DNA of 64,000 nt from Octopus vulgaris. Its lineage: Eukaryota. The stretch is from NCBI GenBank assembly GCA_951406725.2, contig OX597834.1:10168001-10232000 (forward strand), given 5' to 3'. The position numbers and the translations under genes were made by a program. Numbering within the stretch: the stretch's first letter is position 1; each line of letters opens with the position of its first letter. The notes under the pieces are model-generated. The model was given only the letters and a program-made list of their open reading frames with translations. It did not search any database and was not told the DNA's origin. Below, piece after piece: positions 1-13,862 of the stretch.

Positions 1-58
1 TTGCCTTGAAAGAAACTGATTGAGACAATGGAAATTTAGTTCTAGCAATAATTGGGGT

Positions 59-890
59 GGTAAGCTGGTAGAATCGTTAGCATGCCGGGCAAAATGCTTA
101 GCGGTATCCCGTCTGCCGTTATGTTCTGTGGTATATTCTACCGAGGTCGACTTCGCGTTTCATCCTTTCGGGGTCGATTAAATAAATACCAGTTACGCAC
201 TGGGGTCGATATAATCGACTTAATCCGCTTGTTCTTCTTTGTCCTCTCTGTGTTTAGCTCTGTGGGTAGTAAATAAATAGGTATTTCGTCTGCCGTTACG
301 TTCTGAGTTCAAATTCCGCCAAGGTCGACTTTGCCTTTCACTCTTTCGGGGTCGATTAAATAAGTACCACTTATGCACTGGGGTCGATATAATCGACTTA
401 ATCCGTTTGTTCTTCTTTGTCCTCTCTGTGTTTAGGCCCTTGTGGGTAGTAAATAAATAGTTATTTCGTCTGCCGTTACGTTCTGAGTTCAAATTCCGCC
501 GAGGTTGACTTTGCCTTTCATTCTTTCGGAGTCGATTAAATAAGTACCAGTTACGCCCTGGGGTAGATGTAATCGACTTAATACCGTTGTCTGTCCTTGT
601 TTGTCCCCTCTATGTTTAGCCCCCTGTGGGCAATAAAGAAATACGAATCATTAGCATGCCGGGTGAAATGCTTCGATAAATTATGTACCAGTTACGCACT
701 GGGGTCGATATAATCGACTTAATACCGCTGTCCGTCTTTGTTTGTCCCCTCTGTGTTTAGCCCCTTGTGGGCAATAAAGAAATAAGAATCGTTAGCATGC
801 CGGGCGAAATGCTTAGTTGCATTTCGTCCGTCTTCATGTTCTGAGTTCAAATTGTTCCTTTCATCATTTCGGGGTCGATAAAATAACTAC
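59..890 (+). mobile_element. Head-to-tail tandem array of tRNA-derived SINE family B (about 5 complete or partial units)
   Basis: Head gctggtagaatcgttagc; repeated gttctgagttcaaattccgcc(g)aggtcgactttgcctttcatcctttcggggtcgat; tails ccttgtgggtagtaaa/gcaataaagaaata. Confidence 0.85.
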
Positions 891-1217
891 TAGTCAAACC
901 CTCGAGTCGATGTAATCGATTAACACACAATAAAACTCAAGACCTGTTACCTATAGTCGAAAGGAATAACAGAGCTGAGAAGCCACGTCGTGGTGCTTAG
1001 AGTATTGCACTCCCCATCGAGGTTTCGAAACCTGAATGGGGATGATCCACTGTGTCGAGTAACATAATTCATTTTGCGTTGCCCTCATCCTCCCTACAAA
1101 GGATTAGTATCCAGATCAGAAGGCATGTTGTGATTTTGGTGTTTCAAACACCAATATAGACAGGGCAGCCATACCTTTGACAATAATTACTACTCCATAT
1201 AACAGAGCTGATTACCT

Positions 1218-1447
1218 ATTTCTTTACTACCCACAAGGGGCTAAACACAGAGGAGACAAACAAGGGCAGACAAACGGATTAAGTCGATTACATCGACCCC
1301 AGTGCGTAAACTGGTACTTAATTTATCGACCTCGAAAGGATGAAAGGCAAAGTCGACCTTGGCGGATTTTGAACTCAGAACGTAACGGCAGACGAAATAC
1401 GGCTACGCATTTCGCCCGGGGTGCTAACGCTTCTGCCAGCTCGCCGC
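1218..1447 (-). mobile_element. SINE family B, full length, with target-site duplication
   Basis: Reverse complement of the family B consensus; flanked by ctgattacct at about 1208-1217 and 1448-1457. Confidence 0.9.
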
Positions 1448-2152
1448 CTGATTACCTGACCACCTGTATACACCTGTCCATCTGTATACACCTGTCCACC
1501 CACACTTTGAACCAATGCTTAACACCACTATAGATACAAAGGTTCCATACTACGATTTGTTTTTTGTTTTTTTCAGTAGTATTCTATTTTCAGATCTACT
1601 ACCCTATTGATTCATTTTATTTATTTATTACCAAAAAAAAAAAAAAAAAAAAAAGATTGGTCCGGTTGAATGCGTGAGTTGTTTCTCTGAAATAAAGGAT
1701 ATAGCTTCGCTTTGGAATTGTACAATACAGGCTTGTCACAAAGATTTTCTGTTTTTTCTTTCTTTTTATTTTTGTTATCTATATTTTTATCTATATATTT
1801 TTGGTAAATATGTTCATTGTCATTGAAGAGTTCGATGCTAATGGATTTGTTAAATTTAGATATGGCTACGTCGACCTCGATGCTTCACCCTGTTGACTTT
1901 GGTATCGGCAGCTGATGGTGTAAAAATAAACATTGGAAAAAATAAGAAAAAACTTTAAAAGAGATAGAGAGAGAGTAGGAGGGAGTTGGAGAAAGATAGA
2001 GGAAGAGTTATGATGTGTGTGTATGAGTGAGAGAAAGTGTGTGTGTGGTGTATGTCAGCGTGCACTATTCTGTATATGTGTATTTAAATGAGATCTCATG
2101 TTTTGCTGGTGACACTCCTTAGCGGTTTATTATAAAAAAAATAAGCTGGTAT

Positions 2153-2420
2153 AGGCGCAGGAGTGGCTGTGTGGTAAGTAGCTTGCTAACCAACCACATG
2201 GTTCCGGGTTCAGTCCCACTGCGTGGCATCTTGGGCAAGTGACTTCTGCTATAGCCCCGGGCCGACCAATGCCTTGTGAGTGGATTTGGTAGATGGAAAC
2301 TGAAAGAAGCCTGTCGTGTATATATATATATATATATGTGTGTGTGTATATATATATGTGTGTGTGTTTGTGTTTGTCTCCCCTAGCATTGCTTGACAAC
2401 CGATGCTGGTGTGTTTACGA
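2153..2420 (+). mobile_element. tRNA-derived SINE family A, 3'-truncated
   Basis: A-box-like tggctgtgtgg, B-box-like ggttcagtccc, CORE-like cttgggcaagtg and an internal (TA)n(TG)n. Confidence 0.85.
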
Positions 2421-3996
2421 TTCCTGAACCGGGCGGTACGTTGTGTTCTTGAGCAAAACACTTCTTTAATTAGTAGCGTCGATCACATTACTTTACTTGT
2501 GTGTTATTTTATCGGCCCCAGGAGGATAAAAAGTAAAGTTCGCATAACTTCGATTAAACTCAGAATTTAAAGAACCGGAAGAAATACGAAAAAGGTTCTG
2601 CCTGTCCTTTGTCTTTAATAATTCTAATTTAGGCGCAAATTTGAGGGGAGGGTTTTAATCAGTTGCATGCCTCCATAAATTCATCGATACTTTATTTCAT
2701 TGACATCGAAGGGAGGAAAGGCAAAGTTAAGTTTGTTGGAGTTTAAACTCAGAACTTAAGGAGCTCTAAAAAATAACGCAAGCTTTTTTCCGGAGACTCA
2801 AACAATTCTGAAAATTATGTTATTTGCTCTGAATTTTTATCCTAATTTTTTGTCTGGGAGATTTCTACTTCTATGTTCAGTCTTTTGTGCACCTGTCAAG
2901 TACTGCAGTCGACATTTTGCGTTTGCAGATATGTACTAATATGAAAGGGGAATAGCCTGCACACTAGATCCTAAAACTTTACCCATCAGTAGAACCTTGA
3001 AAAAGAGGGAATAAATAAATTTAAATGCACAACTGCCGCATCAATATTGAGTATCTGTGACATCTTATCTTACTGCCACACGAACAATCAGGAGCACAAA
3101 CGAATATCCTATCATTCACACATGCAACTACTCAGTTTTTGTCTTCTCTCTCAGAAAAAAAAACAACAAAACAACAGAAAAACAAATTTGCTTTTAGATT
3201 ATTCAAAAGAAAAAAATAAGAACCTAAAAAATTAATAGAATTCACATACTGCACTGAATTTATTCAAATGTTCTACTTTAGAAATTTGTGTCTTTAGGCC
3301 AACGTCAAAAAATATGAGCATAATGATAATTTGCTTTTATTATTTTCTGTGAAAACCATATATTTATTCCTGGTGTGAAAGATGCTGAACCTCAAAAATT
3401 ATATTTAGTTAATGAAGTCAAACATAGTAATCAAGCGAAAAAAAAAGATTATATTGGAAAAAGAAAACTATAATTCATTCGTAAAATAATTTAATTTGTC
3501 AACAATATTAAGCCGCACCCGTTTATGAATAATTTTTCCTATTTTACCATCTTAATTTTGATAATGCTAGAATCCTTTCAATAAAATTATTCTCTATTGG
3601 AAAACAATGTAGAATTAGCAGTTGACCTATACACAGTTTCTATTCCTGACTGGAGATTTATATCTTTCCATATTCTCTATATTTCTTGATATTATATATA
3701 TTCTATAATATAATGTAATAAAAATAAATAACATTGTAGATTAGAGGATTCAAATAACCCAGACACTGTTTTATCAAATTTCTTTGAGCAGGAATGATAA
3801 TGGAATACAATGAGCTGAATCTATAATAAATATCTAAGAGTCTTGAAACGAAAGGCGCTGGTTTCTCTATTTAATCGTAACACAATGACTTAAGTGCTTC
3901 ACATTTCGTGCATTAGCTCCTAACAAAACATATACATATGCATATAAGTCTACCTTTCTCTCTCCTCTCTCTCACCTCTGTCTGTCTGTCTGTCTC

Positions 3997-4187
3997 TCTT
4001 ACTCTTTTACTTGTTTCAGTCATTTCACGCCTTTAGTCGAGCAAATCGACCCCAGGACTTATTCTTTGTAAGCCTAGTACTTATTCTATTGGTTTCTTTT
4101 GCCGAACCGCTAAGTTACGGGGACGTAAACACAACAACATCGGTTGTCAAGCGATGATGGGTGGGGGGTACAAACACGGACACACAA

Positions 4188-4245
<58 letters not shown>
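3997..4245 (-). mobile_element. SINE family A, 3' half
   Basis: ctcttttacttgtttcagtcatt...gccgaaccgctaagttacggggacgtaaacac, ending in (CA)n(TA)n. Confidence 0.85.
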
Positions 4246-4247
<2 letters not shown>

Positions 4248-4514
4248 TTTTAAAATTCAAGTGTTAAAGATGTCAATCTAAAGCGGTTTCAGTCGCAAAC
4301 AGCGGCCTTATCACTTCATCCTATCCTTTTAAAGATCATGTGTAAAAATGTATCTCTAAATGGTATTCATTAGCTATGCATAAATTTATTGCTCCTCAGT
4401 TCTCACTTATTGCTACTTTGGTTAGACTCTTTAGAGAAGAACCATGGTTATAATCGATCCGGCCCTGACCGAACAAACTCCAATGTATAACCGGCTCTGT
4501 TTTTATTGATTGTT

Positions 4515-4595
<81 letters not shown>

Positions 4596-4599
4596 TACA

Positions 4600-4824
4600 T
4601 AGAGTTGGCAGAACAGTTAGAACGCCGGGCGAAATACGTAACCGTATTTCCTGTGCCGCTACGTTCTGAGTTCAAATTCCGCCGAGGCTGACTTTGCCTT
4701 TCATCCTTTTGGGGTCGATAAGTTAAGTACCAGTTACACATTGGGGTAAATGTAATCGACTTAATCGCTTTATCTCTTCTTGTTTGTTCCCTCTATGTTT
4801 AGCCCCTTGTGGGCAATAAATAAG
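4600..4824 (+). mobile_element. SINE family B
   Basis: Matches the family B consensus from the head to the gcaataaa tail. Confidence 0.85.
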
Positions 4825-4829
4825 ATCAC

Positions 4830-4872
<43 letters not shown>

Positions 4873-7770
4873 GATAGATGAGTGAGAGAGAGAAATTGGA
4901 CAGGAATCGTGAAATAAAGACAGTATTTTATGCATTTAGTCACTGACTATAAAACCTATTCTCAAGTTACAATAGCCTATTAATAATAGTGTTATATGCA
5001 TAAATATTATATTCAACACATAAATATTGTATTCAACGCATAGCGTTTATACTGTGATACTTAACACCTAAATCATTTACACACTAGCACCAACGTTATT
5101 AAAGAAATAAGAAAGAACTTTAATCTATTGAATTGACTATTTCCTACAGCAAAATTAATAGGACAGCGAAGATGGCAGAATCGTTAAAGCGTCGCATAAA
5201 ATGACCTACGGCATCAGTTCAGGGGTCGTGCGCTCTGCAGAGGTCAGCAGTTGGGAGTTACTGTCGTTGTTGTTGTTCTCCTTCTCCTTCATCTTCTACT
5301 TCTCCTAGTCATTCTTCATGTTCCCTCCCTCTCCTCTTATTCCACCGCCCCTTCTTTCCGCTCCAGTTTCCTCTTCGTTTTCGGCTCCGCCACCCCCCTC
5401 CTCCTCCCAGTTCGTTTTCCCCCACCCCTTCTCCTCAATCTTTTTTTTTTCGGCCGCCTCTTCACCAACCAACACATACCACTTCTCAAACAACTCCAAA
5501 GGAAGGTGCGAAGCCATCATTAACTGACAGAAAAGGACGTCGTAAATCATTGAAGTTTTATCTTAATTATATTCAGACATTAAAAAAGGAAGAAAACACA
5601 CACAAAAAAAGCAATCACTTAATCTGCTAGACATAGCAGTCAAATCACTTTCAAATTACCGTATTAAATCGGAGACAATTATTTTCTACTCGAGGCACAA
5701 AGCCCGAAATTTGCAGGGAGGGGCTAATCGATTAGATCAACCCCAGTACGCACACTTATCGACCCCGAAAGGATGAAAGGCAAAGTCGACCTCGGCGGAA
5801 TTTGAACTTAGAACGTAGCGGCAGTCGAAATACGTGTTTCTATTTCTTTACTACCCACAATCGGCCAAACACAGAGGGGACAAACAAGGACAAACAAACG
5901 GATTTCAACACTGTTTTATTCGTATGTGAAGCGAAGGGCGAAGGGAAAATTTTTCTCCATGGTCATAGTTGATATAAAAGAGCTGCTTTCGGCCACAAGA
6001 AAGATGATGCCACCCTTATCCTTTCTTCCTTTCTAGTCAGCACCATGCATTCCTTATTCTTTCCCTCTCTACTGGCACACAGCCACTACTACACTATCTA
6101 CTACCAACCAGCGAGTCAACATGTCACTGCCAATACAATTACTGGTGTATCTCAGGCAAACGAAATAAATATATGTAAATAATATTTCTTCCTTCTTCGT
6201 GTTGATTCTTCGATGCTTACTGGTTACTCCAACGCGAGAACCAAAACACAAAATAAACGCAAAAAAAATTAAAAGGTGTAATATGCAACTCAGGTAGTAA
6301 AGAAACAAAAAATAGAACAGAGTGATGACATTTAACAGAGATGACCTGGAAGTTGTTCCTCTTTGATTACTATCGGAAACAGCAGTAACTTCCTTCAGCT
6401 GAATACACGTCGTTGATTGGTTAAAATAACCCAAATGCGACAACTTTAACACGAAATAACTTCTAAAATACGAAATTTTGTCAAAAATGTTGAAAGTAAA
6501 CCGTGTTCAGCTTGAGAAATTACACCAGTATACGAAGTTTCAAACAGTTTAGTTATAAAAAAAATTATTTTAAAAATCTGTGATCTAAACTGAACAGATT
6601 TTGATCGTACATGTAGGACTAGCAAATCCATTCACAAGGCTTTGGTCGGACCGTAGATATAGTAGAAATATTCGCTCAAAGGTGCCGCGCAGTGGGACTG
6701 AACCCGGCGTTATGTGGTTGAGAAACAAATTTCATATGCAGCTAACTTAAGACTATTTAGTTTTTTGTTCTTTTTCTTTTTCAAACATTTGAACATTAAA
6801 TTATGTAGTCCTAGAATTACTATGTCTGAAAATAAAAAGTCGGCGATACTAGAAATAGCAACTAAATCTCAACAGACATACTTCATTATTTAAATAGAGA
6901 AGGACTTTTAAAATACTATAATTTCAGGTGTTACAAAAAGAGAAAAATAGCCAAAATCAGATGAACTTTGACATCGGTTTTCACCGTTTGTTATGACCTG
7001 TGGCTAAATATTTCAATAACAATAATAAAAATATTATGAACAACATCAATGGTTTTATTCTATTAAACGAGAAATAAAATCTGTTATGAAGGAAAAATAT
7101 ATTTCTATTTTGTAGTGTCTGTAAAATTCTTTACAAGTTTTCACAATTATTTACAGCTTTGTGATGCTGGTCAGTGGAAGGTCAGTCTCTGTACAAAACC
7201 GACCACCTGCTATGTCACGTCGCTATAATTCTATAGCTCCATTTCCTGTTTTTCTCAAAGAAAACATACTTATATTCTATACGTAGTCAATTTCGACGAT
7301 AATACTCCTTTTGTTATTGGCCACAAGGGACGGTAGCAATAACAAATGATACCTGATGTAGTAGTAGTAGTAAACTTCAAATAATGCTCAAAATATAATA
7401 TTCCGGTATTGAAATTTCGTTAAACGTGATTTTCGTGTCGTATCCGTGTTGTCAGATGGTTAACTATTTATTGCCAGTTAGTGTAGTAGTTTGATCCGCA
7501 CACAAACAGGTGCTCGCAGAAAGACACATACACGTCCACGCGTGTTAGTGTGTGTTAGTGTGTGTGTGTGTTAGTGTGTGTGTGTGTTAGTGTGTGTGTG
7601 TGTGTGTGTGCGTGCGTGTGTTTGTGTGTGTTTGCTTTGTGTGTATGTGTGAGTGTGTGTGTGTGTGTGTAGATAGATGGATAGATAGAGGGAGAAATAG
7701 AAAGATTGCTAGAGAAATAGATAGATAGATAGATAGGATAGCTAGATAGAGTAGATAGATGAATGGATAG

Positions 7771-8033
7771 ATGTTTCTTTATTAGCCACACAGGGCTGCA
7801 CACGGACAGGACAAAATTACAAGGTAGAGCTTTTCTTTGGGGGTAAAAGAAAGGGGTTTGGTTTTCGATCAAAAGGGATCGTAAATGGAAAGAAAGAGGA
7901 CAAAAAAGGGGGGGGGAATAAAATAAAATTTTAAAAAAAGGGGGGGTGAGGAAAAAAAGGGAAAAGAAAAAAATCACAGAAATGTCAATATGAAGTGTAA
8001 AGGGGAGGACAGGTGAGGTTTACCCGTGGAAAG
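7771..8033 (-). mobile_element. 3' UTR-like fragment of a putative LINE inserted in a (GATA)n tract
   Basis: The minus strand ends ...gcagccctgtgtggctaataaagaaacat. It is flanked by agatagagtagatagatg on both sides, and a short related copy lies at about 59130-59163. Confidence 0.45.
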
Positions 8034-8690
8034 ATGGACAGATAGAGTAGATAGATGGATGGATAGACAGATAAATAGATAGATGTGGCGAAACAGCCAC
8101 ATGGTTCCTGATTCAGTCCCACTGCGTGGCACCTTGGGCAAGTGTCTTCGACTGAAACCTCGAGCCGACCAATGCCTTGTGAGTAAATTTGGTAGAAGGA
8201 ATCTGAGAGAACCCTGTGGAATATACCTATATACGGTGAGCCGTAATAAAATCAGAGGAAAAATAAAAGACAATTAATTTATGGGATCCGGACAAAATCT
8301 CTCGGACAACACCCCTCCCATCCACTGACAAAACCCCTAGGCCTTCTTTTCCTGCGACTTTATTACCATGATATTTTTCCAGTGACTTTTTTTTTATATT
8401 CTTTTTCCTGTTTTGTCACTGTGTTTGATGCTTTCTTGTTTTCATGTCTCGAGACAAATTTTAACATCCAGTCCTCATAGTTTTAAGGGAGGTGTCTATG
8501 GCAATTGTGGCAATCTTCATTGTTAATGCCAGTTGTAAAAGTCCACGGCCTCCCTATTTTCTTGGAAGATAAATTCGTTCTATATCTAAATTTACTTCTT
8601 GAGTAGTTCTTTCGTGACCCTAAACTTGATAAAATATGGGATAAAGGAAAGAAAATGGAATCCATCATACACTTTATAAATAACTATGAT

Positions 8691-9068
8691 GTGGAGGCGC
8701 AATGGCCCAGTGGTTAGGGAAGCGGACTCGCGGTCGTAGGATCGCGGTTTCGATTCCCAGACCGGGCGTTGTGAGTGTTTATTGAGCGAAAACACCTAAA
8801 AGCTCCACGAGGCTCCGGCAGGGGATGGTGGTGATCCCTGCTGTACTCTTTCACCACAACTTTCTCTCACTCTTACTTCCTGTTTCTGTTGTACCTGTAT
8901 TTCAAAGGGCCGGCCTTGTCACGCTGAATATTTCCCCGAGAACTACGTTAAGGGTACACGTGTCTGTGGAGTGCTCAGCCACTTACACGTTAATTTCACG
9001 AGCAGGCTGTTCCGTTGATTCGGATCAACCGGAACCCTCATCGTCGTAACCGACGGAGTGCTTCCACC
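8691..9068 (+). mobile_element. tRNA-derived SINE family C, full length, 13-bp TSD
   Basis: tRNA-like head ggaggcgcaatggcccagtggttaggg...ggtttcgattccc; TSD aaataactatgat at 8678-8690 and 9069-9081; near-identical to 54293-54680. Confidence 0.9.
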
Positions 9069-10194
9069 AAATAACTATGATAGCCTATGGGAGTATGCGA
9101 GCAGCTGCAGACAACTATCGAAATGTATTCTGATTAAACGAGGTTCCTTTTGTCAAGTCACCTGTCGAGACACGCCTGCGCTAATGATGCCGTACAAATA
9201 TTTATACAACATCTCATTCGTGAGGCACTTATGCGCAAAGGGTCGAGACGGTTGTAGTGATTAAAAAGAGAATCTCGTGGATTCCATTCTCTCTTTTTTG
9301 CTTTCATATTTCATCTATGTATTTTCCAACAAGAAAAATACACAAACGTATACACAAACAACGAATAAAAACGCCGTATGCATTTATTTGTGGCTGGATG
9401 TGTTCGTTTGTATGTATTTAAATATATATGTATGCGTGCATTTAAACGACGATAGTGGTAGTTAAATGGTTCCTAAATGCTATCTAAAGCAAACTGTTCG
9501 TATACTAAATCATTGGCAATGGAACTTTAAAGCATTATTTGTCATTTTAAGGAAAATTTTTGTAATTTAGTTATATTCATAGCTTTGTAATGTGAGAGTA
9601 TACGATAAAGGTAAGATTTTGGGTTTTATTTGTTTATATATATATATATATATATCTTACTATTTATTTATTTATTTGACATTTCTCATTCTCTCCACGA
9701 TATTTATTATTACTATTACAGGAAAAACCCATTAACTGATATATCATACATTATTGAATAATTATTTAATAAAACATAACACTAGTGTAGTTCACTGCAT
9801 CTCTAACGGAGTATTGTCTATCATAAATTTCGTTATAACGGTTTAAAATGGTCTCCTGTAAATAGGCAAGCATTTAACTCATAAATCATGTACGCTACGA
9901 AATACATAAAAAGTACGCCATTTTGAAATATTCAACACATATAAATGGCATTCCTGTTGGTCAGTTAAAAATGTTTTACTTAAAAATCATAAATCTGTTT
10001 CAGTTACTTTATCTTGTTGTATATCTAAGCATTTATATTCGCCGTTCGTTCGTTCGAACGCATGAATTGCATATAACATAGGCAAACGCTCGGTAAAAGA
10101 TGGGAAACAGAATTACTAATATATATGTAATCACATATTTACGCTGGCAAACGACAACACACATTATCATATACATACATGCATAATATTTATA

Positions 10195-10197
10195 TTT

Positions 10198-10255
<58 letters not shown>

Positions 10256-10935
10256 CAGCTGTTTTGTTCCTTTATATATAGCTTACATATGTGTGTATGT
10301 GTGTGTATATATATATATATATATACATACATATATACTCATCTATATATATATACATATATACTCATCTATATATATATACATATATACTCATATACAT
10401 ATATACTCATTTACATATATACTCATTTACATATATACTCATTTATATATATACATACATATATACTCATATACATATATACTCATTTATATATATATAT
10501 ACATACATATATACTCATATACATATATACTCATTTATATATATATATACATACATATATACTCATATACATATATACTCATATACATATATACTCATTT
10601 TTATATATATATATACATATATACTCATTTATATATATATACATATATACTCATTTATATATATATATATACTTATATACTCATATATATATACTCATAT
10701 ATACTCATTTATATATATATATATACTTATATACTCATATATATATACTCATATATACTCATTTATATATATATATATACTTATATACTCATATATATAT
10801 ACTCATATATACTCATTTATATATATATATACTTATATACTCATATATATATACTCATATATACTCATTTATATATATATATATACTTATATACTCATAT
10901 ATATATACTCATATATATATATACATATATATATC
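10195..10935. repeat. Compound micro/minisatellite: (CA)n, (TA)n and recurring tatatactcat units
   Basis: Visible tandem units atatactcat(t/a)tatata. Confidence 0.9.
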
Positions 10936-12375
10936 ACAGCTATTTTGTACATATATGTATGTGTTTATGTATGCATGTATGTATGTATGTGTTTATATAC
11001 ATATCCATGTATATACCCATTTGTGCGGAAGTGCCTGCACATATTTAAATACACGCATCGATCACACACACGTATACAGCAACAAAAATATTACCAAATA
11101 TAATACATGTTCACGAATTTATACCTATAAATATATATGCATATATGTGCGTGCGTTACATGGATAAAAAAAACACACACAGAAATATATGCAGCTATTT
11201 ATCCTAACCAGTAAATTAGCATTGCGCTATTTTGCGGTTTTTCGATTGAATAGTGTGCTACAAACATGTTTATAGCCGAATAATCTTGAACAAGCTCTAT
11301 TGCTCCTCGCTCCTGCCAGTCTTACTATGATAATGATTATATAATTGCGAGCATACATAGTTGCACATAGCGTTGGAGAAAACATGATCGTGTATTTATT
11401 ATTTAGGCGGACATATTGTATTTTTAGTGGACTTTATTTTAGTGGCCTTATTGTATTTTTCCCCTCTTGATTTTCCTGCTCCAGCGATTGTTTCAGATTG
11501 CTATTTATGTGTAATATATTTTTGCCTTATCCTCATAAAACTGAAACGCTAATAGACGTACAGATGCGCATGTGTATATAAGTGTATAAGAAACACTAAT
11601 CCAATATAAACACAAATTCTTCAGCCTACATAACTATACAAATCTTCTCTCTCTTTCACAATGTATGTATATACGTGTGTGCGTGTATGTGTGTATCTAA
11701 TCATGTATGCATTTACCTATATCTGTCTCTCAATCCGTCTAATTTGTTTATCTATCTGTCTGTGTATGCGTGTGTGTGTATATATATATATAATATAAAA
11801 CATATGCATATATACATACATATATCTGTCTGTATGTGTGTGTGTGTATATATATATATAATATAAAACATATGCATATATACATACATATATCTGTCTG
11901 CCTGTATGTGTGTGTATGTATATATATATATATATATAATATAAAATATGCACGCCCATATACATACATATATGTACATACCTACATCTATATGGGTATG
12001 CATATATGGGTACAGGACACCAAAAAAACGTTGAACACAATGAGAAACAGATAGATAAATTGATAGATAGATGTGTATATACAAATCTATGCATATATAT
12101 GTATACACACATACCTATACACACACATATGCATATATACAACGGGCTTCTTTCAGTTTCCCTCTACCAGATCCACTCACAAGGCTCTGGTCGGCCCGAG
12201 GCTATAGAAGAAGACACTTGCCCAAGGTGCCACGAAGATAGACTGAACCCAGAACCATGTGGTTGTTAAGCAAGCTACTTACCAGAGAGCCACTCCTACG
12301 CCTATATATGTATGTGTGTGTGTGTGTATAAGTATATATGTATATACACGTGTGAGTGTATATATGTATACGTAC

Positions 12376-12409
<34 letters not shown>

Positions 12410-13243
12410 GTATTGATATATCTTTTAATAGGCTCAGAACTATATTAGGAAAATCTCACAAATGCAGCATGCATGCCAGATCGTTGGGATGTGAGATTGC
12501 TTAGAGAAGAGTTAGCCACAGTTTTAAATCAGTTTCCTTGCCATGCTCGGACGACCAAGTCTGCTTAATATGTACCCTACCAGTTCACTTAACGGAATCA
12601 GTGAACTTTTGATTAACAGATAAATAAAAATAAAATACTACGCGGATGGTGAAAGCGTTCCAACAACGTCATGACAGATAAGCATGATTTTTATTGGATA
12701 TATTTTTTTTATTTTAAATACAGTGAAATTACTTAGTTTATTCGAATATAGGAATTATTATATATAAAATTCTTAGCTTCGACAGTGATATCATGCTTGA
12801 AATTAAAAATTCACTGTTACAGAAGTTGTTTTGTTGCCTCTATTTCCTGATATAAACAATAAAAGCATTTGCGATATCTGGATGGCTAAGGGAAGGCATT
12901 GTCGAATATGTTCGTTGTCAAAGTAACAATGTCAAGTTCCTGAAAAGGAAACTGCAGAAAATTATTTGATCATCACGAATTCGGCAGAGTGGATTATCTT
13001 TTCTTTCATTTTTTTCTGTTCCTTTGTAAACATCAGGTGTAAGAGTGGCTGTGTGGTAAGTAACTTGCTTACGAACCACATGGCTCCGGGTTCAGTCCCA
13101 CTTCGCGGCATCTTGGGCAAGTATCTCGGGCCGACCAACCTTTCTCTCCGTAATTCGCAAAGTCTTCCGGATTTGTTTATAAAAGTATTATTTATGTAGT
13201 TATATATGTGTGTATTTATATATTATGTACACTCGCACATACA

Positions 13244-13330
<87 letters not shown>

Positions 13331-13331
<1 letters not shown>

Positions 13332-13862
13332 ATACATGGGAAGGCATAGCTATTGATCGTAGCAGGTGGAGAAGGATTGTGCATGAGGGGAGAGCCACGT
13401 TTGAGAAATCTCGAGTTGCACATGAGAAAGTAAGGAGGGATGTCAGGAAGGACATCGCTGTTACACTTCCAGAAGGGAAGGGTCTTCCTTTGATTCTGAC
13501 ATGCAATGTCTGTGCAAGACCCTGCCTCAGTAAAGCTGGTCTCATGAGTCATCTTCGTAATCATAAAACCAGACAGATGATTGACAATCTGACCACTGGT
13601 GGTGGTGTAACACACCATACTAATCATATCTGTCGAGCATGTGGAAGAGAGTGTAATTCGGCAGGAGGACTTAAACGACATGCAAAGGTACATGAAGCTC
13701 AGTTACAACTACAGCCGGCTATTACCAGTAAAGGTTTTCGTTGCCAATTCTGTACAAGACATTGTAGATTTTTGGCTGGGCTAAAAAGTCACATTCGATC
13801 TCAGCACCAATAACAGTTAAGCTTCGTGCAATGGCCATACTCCATAACAAGGGGGCAGCCAT
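13331..13862 (+). mobile_element. 5'-truncated RTE-clade LINE 3' end encoding three C2H2 zinc fingers
   Basis: Open frame DTWEGIAIDRSRWRRIVHEG...CNVCARPCLSKAGLMSHLRNH...CRACGRECNSAGGLKRHAKVH...CQFCTRHCRFLAGLKSHIRSQH, stop at 13813. WE..A.DR..WR..V..G is the RTE C-terminal motif. It has a short 3' UTR and is embedded in a (TG)n/(TATG)n tract. Confidence 0.8.

Noticed and set aside
4270-4320. Additional hammerhead-like traces (minus strand here; plus strand at about 20530-20570)
   Set aside because: The core or stem I is too degenerate to distinguish from chance.
5251-5550. Pro/Ser/Leu- or Glu/Gly-rich ORFs
   Set aside because: Low-complexity pyrimidine-rich tract with no recognisable domain or splice context.
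8691-8765. tRNA gene candidates at SINE heads (also 23525, 39679, 54293)
   Set aside because: A and B boxes are present, but they run directly into SINE bodies, several with TSDs, and I could not build a convincing acceptor stem.
10179-11167. Long ORFs (270-320 aa) rich in Y/I/H/T/C/V/M here and at 22310-22997, 38294-39321, 40506-41363, 42426-43417 and 48523-49245
   Set aside because: They are translations of (TA)/(CA)/(TG) microsatellites that lack stop codons in several frames; there is no protein signal.
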